Shown here piece by piece: positions 1-11,313 of a stretch of DNA of 27,298 nucleotides; the first letter of the stretch is position 1; every line of letters begins with the position of its first letter. This DNA comes from Calditrichaceae bacterium (GTDB taxonomy: Bacteria; Calditrichota; Calditrichia; Calditrichales; JBFXGD01). The stretch is taken from positions 1 through 27,298 of the forward strand of contig JBFXGD010000034.1 in assembly GCA_050178385.1 (NCBI GenBank), in the 5' to 3' direction. The notes under the pieces are model-generated. The model did not search any database and was not told the DNA's origin. It saw nothing but the letters and a program-made list of their open reading frames with translations. The position numbers and the translations under genes are program-made.

Positions 1-14
1 ATTAAGAGGAAATT

Positions 15-2996
<2,982 letters not shown>

Positions 2997-3012
2997 AAAA
3001 TACATAAATGAG

Positions 3013-3039
3013 AGGCGGCAAATATTGCCGCCTTTTTTT
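3013..3039 (+). terminator. Rho-independent terminator after secA
   Basis: AGGCGGCAA-ata-TTGCCGCCT stem followed by a T run. Confidence 0.9.
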
Positions 3040-3140
3040 AATTTCAAGAATTTCTAAAACAGTAATACATATTTAACAGAATCAACTCAAATTAATCGCC
3101 GGATAAAGTGTTCTATTAATTTTCGAATCTGATATTGAAT

Positions 3141-3905
3141 ATGAAACTTTTTTACAGAAAGTTTGGAAAAGGTAAACCGTTAATCATATTACACGGTTTG
3201 TTTGGAATGTCAGACAACTGGATGACGATCGGTAAAAAAATCGCCAAACGTCACACTGTTTATATTCCGGATCAACGTAATCATGGGCGTTCAGGCCATA
3301 GTGATGAATTTGATTATGATATACTGGTAAATGATCTGGCGGAATTCGCGGCTGAGCAGGACCTGAAGGAGATGCGCCTGATAGGGCACTCAATGGGCGG
3401 AAAGGTTGCTATGCAGTACGCCCTGATGTTTCCTCAAAAAGTGGAAAAACTGGTTGTGGTGGATATAGCTCCGAAGAATTATTATAACACATATTTTAAG
3501 ATGTTTCTGGAGACTTTATCAGCCATCAATCTTGATTCACTCAAGAGCAGGGACGAGGCTGATATGCAGCTTTCAAATAAAATCAAACAAAAGCCGATTC
3601 GCCAGTTCCTGCTCAAAAATCTGCGCAGAAACAGGGATGGTACATTTTCATGGAAAGCGAACCTGCAGAGCATCTATCGAAATATTGATAAGATACTGCA
3701 GGGCAGCAATGAAACATTCACCTTTGAAAATCCAACTTTGTTTATTAAAGGCGGACGTTCGGAATATATTGTTCCCGCAGATTATTCTTTGATAAAAAGA
3801 ATTTTCCCCAATTCAGAAATTGTAACAATTGAAAACGCCACGCATTGGGTACATTCTGATGAACCGGATGAGTTTTGCGATCATCTGCGGACATTCTTTG
3901 GATAA
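3141..3905 (+). CDS. Alpha/beta fold hydrolase, YbfF/ABHD11-like esterase
   Basis: ILHGLFG, DQRNHGRS, GHSMGGK nucleophile elbow, VDIAP, HWVH catalytic His. ATG 3141 preferred over TTG 3135. Confidence 0.92.
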   Translation: MKLFYRKFGKGKPLIILHGLFGMSDNWMTIGKKIAKRHTVYIPDQRNHGRSGHSDEFDYDILVNDLAEFAAEQDLKEMRLIGHSMGGKVAMQYALMFPQKVEKLVVVDIAPKNYYNTYFKMFLETLSAINLDSLKSRDEADMQLSNKIKQKPIRQFLLKNLRRNRDGTFSWKANLQSIYRNIDKILQGSNETFTFENPTLFIKGGRSEYIVPADYSLIKRIFPNSEIVTIENATHWVHSDEPDEFCDHLRTFFG

Positions 3906-4047
3906 TTTCAAAGCATAAATCGGGAAAAAGCAAAGATAAAATCTATGTTTTAAGAAATTTTACGGAATTAATCAGTTGTTTTAGAAATTATAATCGTATG
4001 AAAATTGTCTTAAAATCATTGTGCGCGAATTGACAAAAGGAGATGAA

Positions 4048-5835
4048 ATGAAAAAGGTCACCGGATTATTTCTGTTAATAATTTTTCTTTCACAGTCTGT
4101 CATTGCCGGGGATAAAACCCAAACCGCTATTACAATTTCCGACCTTAAATCAAGAATAGAATTTTTGGCATCTGATTCCCTTGCCGGAAGAAAACCCGGA
4201 ACACCGGGAGGAGATACGGCAGCGGAATATATCAGAAATCAGTTTGCCGGATTTGGCCTGACACTTTTCGGGGAAAACGGATTCCAATATTTTGATGTTG
4301 TTAAATCTGTCGACGCGGATGATAGAAACCGATTGTCATTCGGAGATTTTGATGGAAAATTAGGGGAGGATTTCACACCGCTCGCGTTTTCTGAAAACGC
4401 AACGGTTTCCGCTGGTGTTGTTTTTGCGGGTTACGGAATAGATTTTGACGCGGATTCAGTGAGCTGGCACGATTACGCTAATGTCGATGTTTCCGGCAAG
4501 TGGGTAATGATATTAAGAGAAGATCCGGATGTTAAGAATCCTCATAGCGAATTCATTCGCTACAGTTCACTAAGAAATAAAACCATGGTCGCCAGAGATA
4601 AGGGGGCTTCCGGTGTACTGGTGGTATCAGGGAAAGAAGTTGATGAGAAAGATGAACTAATGCCTCTTGAGTATGATCAGAGCCAGTCAGACGCCGGGCT
4701 TCCGATTTTTAACGTCAAACGAACGGTTGCGGACAAGATGCTGAGTAAGACCGGAAAGACAATCATCGCTCTTGAAAAGGAGATGGTTGACAGTATGACA
4801 CCCGTCGCTTTTCCATTAGATGTTGAACTCTCAGCGACTTCATCGACAGTACAGGATAAATCCAGAACTCAAAATATTGTCGCGCTTTTACCTGGGAATG
4901 ACCCTTCCTTAAAAAATGAATTTATTATCATCGGAGCCCATTACGATCACCTTGGAATGGGAGGCTCGGGATCAGGTTCCAGAACACCCGATACTTCCGC
5001 CATCCATAACGGCGCCGATGATAACGCATCCGGAGTGGCCGCGATACTTGAATTGGCTGAAAAAATGAGCGCGGAAAGAAAAAAGATCAAACGCAGTGTC
5101 CTGTTTATGGCATTTGGGGCAGAAGAAATGGGCACTTTAGGCTCAAAATTCTTTACAAAAAATCCTCTGGTTGATCTCAAAAATGTAAATATTATGTTCA
5201 ATCTCGATATGGTGGGCCGGCTGGATACCGAGACAAGATCTCTGACTTTGGGAGGGACGGGAACCGCGACAGGTCTTGACAAACTGGTCGAGGATGCGGC
5301 AAAGGGCAAGAAATTTGAATTAAAGATGTCTCCTGAAGGGTATGGACCATCTGATCATGCTTCATTTTATATCGAAAATATACCGGTGCTATTCTTTTTT
5401 ACGGGGGTGCATGAAGACTATCATACGCCGGCAGATGACCCGGAGAAAATAAATTATGCCGGTGAAAAAGATATTACTGAATTCGCGTATATTCTCGCTG
5501 AGAAAACGGCAAATCTCGAAACTCATCTGGTTTACCAGGAAGCTGGACCAAAATCCACGCCTTCAATGGGCCGAAGGTTTAAGGTGACGCTTGGGATTGT
5601 ACCTGATTATGCATCCACGGAAGAGAACGGACTCCGGATTGACGGCGTCAGAAAAGGCGGACCCGCCGAACAGGCCGGTATGGAAAAGGGCGATGTAATT
5701 GTGGCGATGGAAGGGAAAAAAGTTAAAAATATATATGATTATATGTATCGTTTAGCTGAATTTAAATCCGGTCAAAGGGTCAGTGTAGATATTATACGGA
5801 ATGGCAAACCGCTCATTCTGATAGCGGAACTATAG
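4048..5835 (+). CDS. Secreted M28 family metallopeptidase with PA domain and C-terminal PDZ domain
   Basis: Signal peptide MKKVTGLFLLIIFLSQSVIA; motifs GAHYDHLG, GADDNASG, AEEMG, NLDMVGR, SDH; VFAGYGI PA insert; C-terminal LGIVPDY...GPAEQAGM..GDVI PDZ; SD AAGGAG before ATG 4048. Confidence 0.93.
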   Translation: MKKVTGLFLLIIFLSQSVIAGDKTQTAITISDLKSRIEFLASDSLAGRKPGTPGGDTAAEYIRNQFAGFGLTLFGENGFQYFDVVKSVDADDRNRLSFGDFDGKLGEDFTPLAFSENATVSAGVVFAGYGIDFDADSVSWHDYANVDVSGKWVMILREDPDVKNPHSEFIRYSSLRNKTMVARDKGASGVLVVSGKEVDEKDELMPLEYDQSQSDAGLPIFNVKRTVADKMLSKTGKTIIALEKEMVDSMTPVAFPLDVELSATSSTVQDKSRTQNIVALLPGNDPSLKNEFIIIGAHYDHLGMGGSGSGSRTPDTSAIHNGADDNASGVAAILELAEKMSAERKKIKRSVLFMAFGAEEMGTLGSKFFTKNPLVDLKNVNIMFNLDMVGRLDTETRSLTLGGTGTATGLDKLVEDAAKGKKFELKMSPEGYGPSDHASFYIENIPVLFFFTGVHEDYHTPADDPEKINYAGEKDITEFAYILAEKTANLETHLVYQEAGPKSTPSMGRRFKVTLGIVPDYASTEENGLRIDGVRKGGPAEQAGMEKGDVIVAMEGKKVKNIYDYMYRLAEFKSGQRVSVDIIRNGKPLILIAEL

Positions 5836-5842
5836 GAATAGT

Positions 5843-5874
5843 TTTAAAAAGTCCTGCCCGCAGGACTTTTTAAA
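5843..5874. terminator. Rho-independent terminator, symmetric and potentially bidirectional
   Basis: Perfect inverted repeat TTTAAAAAGTCCTG-cccg-CAGGACTTTTTAAA just after the peptidase stop. Confidence 0.88.
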
Positions 5875-5912
5875 TTTCAGTAGTTGGATCCAAAATGAGC
5901 AATTGTCCGGAA

Positions 5913-5926
5913 TTGATATTTATAAA
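5913..5926. promoter_or_regulatory. Possible FNR/DNR-type (Crp-Fnr family) box
   Basis: TTGAT-ATTT-ATAAA, one mismatch from TTGAT-N4-ATCAA, 27 nt upstream of the preferred YwiC-like start. Confidence 0.35.
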
Positions 5927-5953
5927 GGTCGAGTGGCAGAGAGTCGCGTTGGG

Positions 5954-6754
5954 ATGACAACAGCAAAACGAGAAATAAATTTAAAGAAAATCGCCCTGCC
6001 GCAGGAGCACGGAAGCTGGGGTTATACACTTGAGCCCGTTTTTCTGGGACTTTTAACCGTTTTTTCGTTTGACGGACTGATCCTCGGTATCGCCGCCATG
6101 GCGGCATTCATGTCGAGAAACCCTCTTAAGATATGGTTTAAAGAAAGAAAATCCACCAAAAATAGAATAAAAGCCCGATATGCGGGTAATTTTTCAATTT
6201 TTTATCTGATATTAAGTTCTATCGGGTTTGGATATGTTCTGCTGTTCGTTGGCCAGATGATGCTGGTACCAATGGTGATGGTTTTCCCGTTTATTATCGT
6301 TTACGTCATATTTGATGCATCCAATCAGGCAAAAAGCCTGTTACCTGAATTGTCGGGCGCGGCCGCTTTCGCTATGATGGGCTCGCTTATTGCGATGGCC
6401 GGAGGGTGGATCATATTTGACGCCTTGTTTTTGTGGGTCATCAGTATGGGGCGTTCAGTGACCACCACTTTGTACGTCAGAACCCGTTTAAATCTCAGAC
6501 GAAATGAAGAAACTCAAATTGGATTCCAGCGGATGACGCATTCCGCTGTGATTATGATATTTTTTGTCTTATATCTAATAAAAAAAATTCCGTTATTAGC
6601 TGTCATTGGAGTCATCATTCTTACAGTGCGTTCAGAGACGGGTATCTTACCCGTATTTCGGCAGCAGCTGCCGAAATCGATTGGAGTTCAGGAATTTATT
6701 TTTGGAGCTGTATATGTCTCGTTGGTAGCCGCGGGGTATCATTTTTCTATATGA
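5954..6754 (+). CDS. YwiC-like polytopic membrane protein
   Basis: N-terminal LPQEHGSWG signature, multiple hydrophobic helices, C-terminal KSIGVQE. ATG 5954 preferred over TTG 5903; start uncertain. Confidence 0.82.
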   Translation: MTTAKREINLKKIALPQEHGSWGYTLEPVFLGLLTVFSFDGLILGIAAMAAFMSRNPLKIWFKERKSTKNRIKARYAGNFSIFYLILSSIGFGYVLLFVGQMMLVPMVMVFPFIIVYVIFDASNQAKSLLPELSGAAAFAMMGSLIAMAGGWIIFDALFLWVISMGRSVTTTLYVRTRLNLRRNEETQIGFQRMTHSAVIMIFFVLYLIKKIPLLAVIGVIILTVRSETGILPVFRQQLPKSIGVQEFIFGAVYVSLVAAGYHFSI

Positions 6755-6922
6755 TTCTATTTTCCCTGAAATTAAATAATGTATTCTGTTTTATGAAAAA
6801 AAGGCAGAATTGCTTTTATAGACCTGATTGAGATTATCGGGTTTTAAGAGTCGGGAAGGTTAAAAACCAGCTGGATTATAGCTTATAAATAGTTGCATGG
6901 AATGCATATTGTGGCTAACTTT

Positions 6923-7534
6923 ATGACCGTGTTTTTAAGAATAATTTTATTAATATCAATTTTGCTGTTTCCCTGTTTCGGAGGGACCGGCGAACCGGAA
7001 TCAAATCGCGATGTAGTTGGAAGACTGATCAAACAGTATTTTGACTCAGTGGATATGACATTACCCGAAAACGGCGGGGAGATTTCCATTCAGGCCGACG
7101 GCATTGAATTGATGAAAAAATTATTTATTAAGAACCAGATGATACAGTATTTTTCCATGAAAGGAATAAGTTTAAGCGCCGATTCGGCTGAGGTTACTCT
7201 TTTCATTGAACAATTAAGTATAAATATCGTTTACATCCAGAATACAAAACAGTTTCTTGGCATCAGTGATTCTGTTCGAAGAATATGCAGCGTAGAGATG
7301 GAGGGCTGGACTGAGTCAAAGAAGGATGATACCCGGGTGAAAGCAATCAAATTCAATAATTCTTTCACTGATTTAATAGAGCGTGATCAGCTAATTTTAG
7401 TAGAAGACGAGACATATCCCTTTTTAAAGGGGAAACTGGCATCCGCATCGGGATGGACGAAACTATTTGAGCCGATAATCGTTGTTTTATCAGTTTCGAC
7501 TGTAATCTATTTGTTTTTTGCCGTGCGGAGCTAA
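6923..7534 (+). CDS. Hypothetical exported protein with C-terminal membrane anchor
   Basis: N-terminal hydrophobic signal (MTVFLRIILLISILLFPCFG) and C-terminal TM segment EPIIVVLSVSTVIYLFFAVRS; directly upstream of bamD; start uncertain (6893-6923). Confidence 0.75.
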   Translation: MTVFLRIILLISILLFPCFGGTGEPESNRDVVGRLIKQYFDSVDMTLPENGGEISIQADGIELMKKLFIKNQMIQYFSMKGISLSADSAEVTLFIEQLSINIVYIQNTKQFLGISDSVRRICSVEMEGWTESKKDDTRVKAIKFNNSFTDLIERDQLILVEDETYPFLKGKLASASGWTKLFEPIIVVLSVSTVIYLFFAVRS

Positions 7535-7616
7535 CAGGATGTAGCCTGAATCTTGAGGTGAATATTTTCATTTCAGGAAGAAAAATAAATGCAGGATCTA
7601 AACAGGAGTATGGAAT

Positions 7617-8372
7617 TTGCGAAAAATAATCATCTTATCAATTCTTGCGGCACTTCTATTCAGTTGCGCGCCTAAAAAAAACCGTATGGACTGGACAGCG
7701 ACTGAATATTTTAAATACGCCATGAAAAAATATCAGGATAAAGACTATTATGACGCGGTGAACGAATTTACGGTTGTGGTATTAAGATTTGCCGGCAGCG
7801 TGGTCGCCGACAGCGCGCAATTCTATCTTGCGGATTCACACTATAAGATGGGTGAATATCTGGTTTCCGCCGTGGAATTTGAAAAACTTGTCAGCGATAT
7901 GAGTAAAAGTCCGCTGGTGGCGGAGGCGCAATATAAAATAGGTGAGTGCTATAATGAAATGTCACCCAGGGCATCTCTTGATCAAAAATATTCATTTAAG
8001 GCTATCCGAGAGTATCAAATATTCATAGAAGATTTTCCTACACACAAACTCAAAGAAGATGCCGAAAAAAAGATTACGGTATTGCGTTCAAAATTAGCAA
8101 AAAAGGATCTTTACAATGCGGCGATATACAGAAAAATGCACCGGTATACAGCGGCATTAATCTATTATGATCTGATTCTGGAAAAATATTATGATACTGA
8201 ATGGGCCGATGACGCGTTGAACGGAAAGATAGAAACCTATCTTGAATTGAAGGATAAACAATCCGCAAAAAAGGAGATAGAGAAGTTCAAAATTCAATTT
8301 CCTTCGAGCACACTGACGCCGGCTGGCGCTGCCATTGTTGACAATGTGGTGAGAGCCGAAGAAAATGAGTGA
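7617..8372 (+). CDS. bamD: Outer membrane protein assembly factor BamD (TPR lipoprotein)
   Basis: Lipobox LLFS-C, TPR repeats, LDQ..AIREYQIFIEDFP and LAKK..A..Y pattern of BamD/ComL; TTG start with SD AGGAG. Confidence 0.9.
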   Translation: MRKIIILSILAALLFSCAPKKNRMDWTATEYFKYAMKKYQDKDYYDAVNEFTVVVLRFAGSVVADSAQFYLADSHYKMGEYLVSAVEFEKLVSDMSKSPLVAEAQYKIGECYNEMSPRASLDQKYSFKAIREYQIFIEDFPTHKLKEDAEKKITVLRSKLAKKDLYNAAIYRKMHRYTAALIYYDLILEKYYDTEWADDALNGKIETYLELKDKQSAKKEIEKFKIQFPSSTLTPAGAAIVDNVVRAEENE

Positions 8373-8964
8373 CAAGACAGAAGCGAAGGGGCTTGGTCTC
8401 TTCGGCGGAACATTTGACCCGGTTCATCTGGGACATCTTGTTGTTGCTGAATGGCTGACCGATTCTCTCGGTCTTCAAAAGACTATTTTTATTCCTAATC
8501 ACAAACATCCATTTGGCAAGCGTCAGGATATTACTCCCGGTGAATTAAGACTGGAAATGCTCCGGCTCGCGCTAAAAAATTATCCGCAGTTTGAGATAAG
8601 TTCCATTGAGCTGGATAGAAAAGGAATTTCATATGCGGTCGATACAGTTCAATACTTCAAAGAAAAATACCCTGACCAGGAGCTGTATTATTTCATAGGC
8701 GCGGATAATCTGAAGGAATTCCTTTCATGGAAAGAACCGCATCAGATACTCCGCCTTGCTTACCTTGTTGTGTTTAACCGTTCAGCATCTTCGTTTACAG
8801 AACCCTTCCAGCATAAAAATCTTCTATATGTTGACAGCCCGATCATAGATATTTCATCGACGCATATCAGGCATCGCATCAGGAAAAAATGTTCCTTCCG
8901 CAGCCTTGTACCGGACACTGTTCATGATTTTATTATTCATAATAGTCTTTATCTAAGTCAGTAA
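8365..8964 (+). CDS. nadD: Nicotinate-nucleotide adenylyltransferase
   Basis: GLFGGTFDPVHLGH, SYAVDT, IGADN, ISSTHIR; overlaps the end of bamD by 8 nt. Confidence 0.96.
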   Translation: MSDKTEAKGLGLFGGTFDPVHLGHLVVAEWLTDSLGLQKTIFIPNHKHPFGKRQDITPGELRLEMLRLALKNYPQFEISSIELDRKGISYAVDTVQYFKEKYPDQELYYFIGADNLKEFLSWKEPHQILRLAYLVVFNRSASSFTEPFQHKNLLYVDSPIIDISSTHIRHRIRKKCSFRSLVPDTVHDFIIHNSLYLSQ

Positions 8965-9005
8965 ATTTAATAAACTTATGTTCCGGATCGCTTTAGAGAT
9001 AAGGG

Positions 9006-9034
9006 TTGCGAATAAATGTAAAATACATTAGATT
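9006..9034 (+). promoter_or_regulatory. Putative sigma70 promoter of the eutN-to-gcvH operon, with a palindrome in the spacer
   Basis: TTGCGA-17 nt-TAGATT; AATGTA-aaa-TACATT inverted repeat at 9015-9029. Confidence 0.55.
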
Positions 9035-9110
9035 CCTTTAATATTCCTGATTTTTTCAAGATTTCAGAGATGGCACAGAGTTGCGAAATCATTATGGGAA
9101 GGGACACAAG

Positions 9111-9437
9111 TTGTTTTTAGGAAAAGTAGTCGGTTCGGTTTGGGCGACAAAGAAAACAGATAACTTAAAAAACCTGCGTTTTTTGATTGTTAATCCGTTA
9201 AATCTGAAAAAAGCGCCTTTAACAGATGTGGTAGTTGTGGCGGATTTATTGGGAGCGGGAGTCGGCGAAGTGGTGATTTGCGCTTACGGCCACGCGGCGC
9301 GGCAGGCGATTTACCCGGATGATCCTTCATCTGTTAGTATTGAAGCGGCTGTGGTGGCTATTGTTGACCGGGTTGATCTGGATTCGGCATTAATGGATCC
9401 AAAACTGAGATCTCTCGATGATTCAAAAAGTAAATAA
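9111..9437 (+). CDS. EutN/CcmL family bacterial microcompartment vertex (BMC-P) protein
   Basis: MFLGKVVGSVWATKK...L..LRFLIV...VVADLLGAGVGEVV...G.AAR...EAAVVAIVD matches the EutN/CcmL pattern; TTG start at 9111 preceded by GGGAAGGGA. Confidence 0.93.
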   Translation: MFLGKVVGSVWATKKTDNLKNLRFLIVNPLNLKKAPLTDVVVVADLLGAGVGEVVICAYGHAARQAIYPDDPSSVSIEAAVVAIVDRVDLDSALMDPKLRSLDDSKSK

Positions 9438-9478
9438 CAAATCTAAAAATACTTTAACAAACTGTCTGGAAATTAATT

Positions 9479-9934
9479 ATGGCAAATATAACTGAAAGCG
9501 ATATCCGTAAACTTGCTGAAGAAGCGCTTAGACAGCTGGGCAAATCCGCAAATCCGGAAGTCATTGAAACGGTTGTTAAAAATGCTGTTAGTAAGATCGA
9601 TAAAGAGAGTAATGTAACTCAGGATTTGAAAACTCTGCAGAAAGAAAGCGTCAAAAGATCAAAAAACCGGATAATCATTACCGCGTTCGGTAAAGACCGG
9701 CCCGGAATTCTTGCAGGATTGACAGGCATTTTAGCGAAGCATACCTGTAATATTGTTGATTTATCACAAAAAATTCTACAGGAATTTTTTACGGTAATGC
9801 TTCTGGTGGATATCTCTGAGTGTGATGCTGATTTTGAGTTTATAAAATCAGAGATGATCCGTACAGGAGAAGAGTTTGATCTAAAAGTAATCGTCCAGCA
9901 CGAAGAAATTTTTAATGCAATGCACAGGGTATAG
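9479..9934 (+). CDS. ACT domain protein (UPF0237/GcvR-like ACT) with ~60 aa N-terminal extension
   Basis: IIITAFGKDRPGILA...NIVDLSQKILQEFFTV...VQHEEIFNAMHRV is typical of the ACT partner of DUF711 proteins; extra N-terminal amphipathic helices. Confidence 0.9.
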   Translation: MANITESDIRKLAEEALRQLGKSANPEVIETVVKNAVSKIDKESNVTQDLKTLQKESVKRSKNRIIITAFGKDRPGILAGLTGILAKHTCNIVDLSQKILQEFFTVMLLVDISECDADFEFIKSEMIRTGEEFDLKVIVQHEEIFNAMHRV

Positions 9935-9937
9935 ATT

Positions 9938-11299
9938 ATGCCGATAGCAATGGAAGAAATATTAGAAACCATACGAATGACAGAGGTTGAGCATTTTGAT
10001 ATCCGTACGGTGACAATGGGTATAAATTTAAAAGATTGTACCAGCGATAATCTCGGTCAGTTGAAAAGTAATATCTATGAAAAATTAATGCGGGTCGCGG
10101 CGGAGCATGTAAAAACAGCCCAAAAAATTGAATCTGAATATGGAATTTCTATCGCCAACAAAAGAATATCTGTCACACCGGTGGCTATTGTCGCTGACGG
10201 ATATTTTATGGAGGATTTCATAGAGATCGCGGAAGTACTTGATAAAGCCGCCGATGAACTGGGGGTTGATTATCTGGGGGGATTCTCCGCATTGGTTCAG
10301 AAAGGATTTTCGAAAGGCGATCTGAATCTGATCCACGCCATTCCCGAAGCGCTTTCGCGGACAAAACATGTCTGCTCCTCGGTGAATGTGGCGACAACAA
10401 AAGCCGGTATCAATATGGATGCCGTGAGCCTGATGGGAAAGATTATAAAACAAACGGCTGAAAATACCGCTGACCGTCAGGGCATTGGCTGCGCAAAGCT
10501 TGTCGTGTTTGCAAACGCGCCTGAAGATAACCCTTTTATTGCGGGGGCTTTTCACGGAGTGAGCGAGCCTGATGTGGTTGTAAATGTCGGCATCAGCGGT
10601 CCGGGCGTTATTTTGAGAGCGGTCAAAGAAGCGCCGGATCTGGATTTTGCTTCACTCGGAGAGCGGATTCGCAGAATGGCATTCAAGATTACGCGGGCCG
10701 GTGAGTTTGTGGGCAGAAAAGTAGCGTCGATGCAGAATATTCCATTTGGTATCGTTGATATCTCTCTCGCGCCGACACCCATGCCGGGCGACAGTGTCGC
10801 GGATATTTTAAAAGCGATGGGGCTCGAAGATGTGGGTGCCACGGGAACAACTGCTGCTCTCGCGCTGCTGAATGACTCAGTCAAGCGCGGTGGATTGATG
10901 GCATCTTCTTATGTGGGAGGAATGAGCGGAGCTTTTATCCCTGTCTCCGAAGACGAAGGTATGATCAAAGCCGCACAAAAGGGTCATATTACTATCGAAA
11001 AGCTGGAGGCAATGACAAGCGTATGCAGTGTCGGCATCGATATGGTAGCTATTCCCGGAAATACTTCCGCGGCGACGATTGCCGGAATTATCGCGGATGA
11101 ATGCGCTATCGGAATGGTAAATAACAAGACGACGGCTGTCAGGGTAATTCCTGTTCCCGGTATGGATGTGGGGCAGGCCGCCGATTATGGAGGCCTTCTC
11201 GGAATCGCTCCGATTATGCCGGTCTCCAAACTCGATAATTCGAAATTTATTGGCCGCGGCGGACGTATTCCAGCGCCTTCAAAAGGTATCAATAATTAA
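9938..11299 (+). CDS. DUF711 / UPF0210 'PFL family' protein
   Basis: [73 protein letters not shown]; usual pairing with the upstream ACT gene. Confidence 0.93.
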   Translation: MPIAMEEILETIRMTEVEHFDIRTVTMGINLKDCTSDNLGQLKSNIYEKLMRVAAEHVKTAQKIESEYGISIANKRISVTPVAIVADGYFMEDFIEIAEVLDKAADELGVDYLGGFSALVQKGFSKGDLNLIHAIPEALSRTKHVCSSVNVATTKAGINMDAVSLMGKIIKQTAENTADRQGIGCAKLVVFANAPEDNPFIAGAFHGVSEPDVVVNVGISGPGVILRAVKEAPDLDFASLGERIRRMAFKITRAGEFVGRKVASMQNIPFGIVDISLAPTPMPGDSVADILKAMGLEDVGATGTTAALALLNDSVKRGGLMASSYVGGMSGAFIPVSEDEGMIKAAQKGHITIEKLEAMTSVCSVGIDMVAIPGNTSAATIAGIIADECAIGMVNNKTTAVRVIPVPGMDVGQAADYGGLLGIAPIMPVSKLDNSKFIGRGGRIPAPSKGINN

Positions 11300-11313
11300 G
11301 AATAAACACTGGT

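Noticed and set aside
3123..3133. 11-mer TCGAATCTGAT shared with 13785-13795, and ATAATCAGAT shared between 13804 and 24425
   Set aside because: Matches of 10-11 nt are expected by chance in 27 kb of AT-rich DNA, and the second half-site is missing at the other positions.
9081..9110. Longer N-termini given by the ORF track for the eutN-like gene (also 4021, 16853, 18219)
   Set aside because: Downstream starts match the family N-termini and have better-placed SD sequences.
9938..11299. DUF711 protein as a true glycyl-radical enzyme (GRM-type microcompartment)
   Set aside because: No C-terminal RVxG glycyl-radical motif and no radical-SAM activase nearby; the 'PFL family' label refers to fold only.
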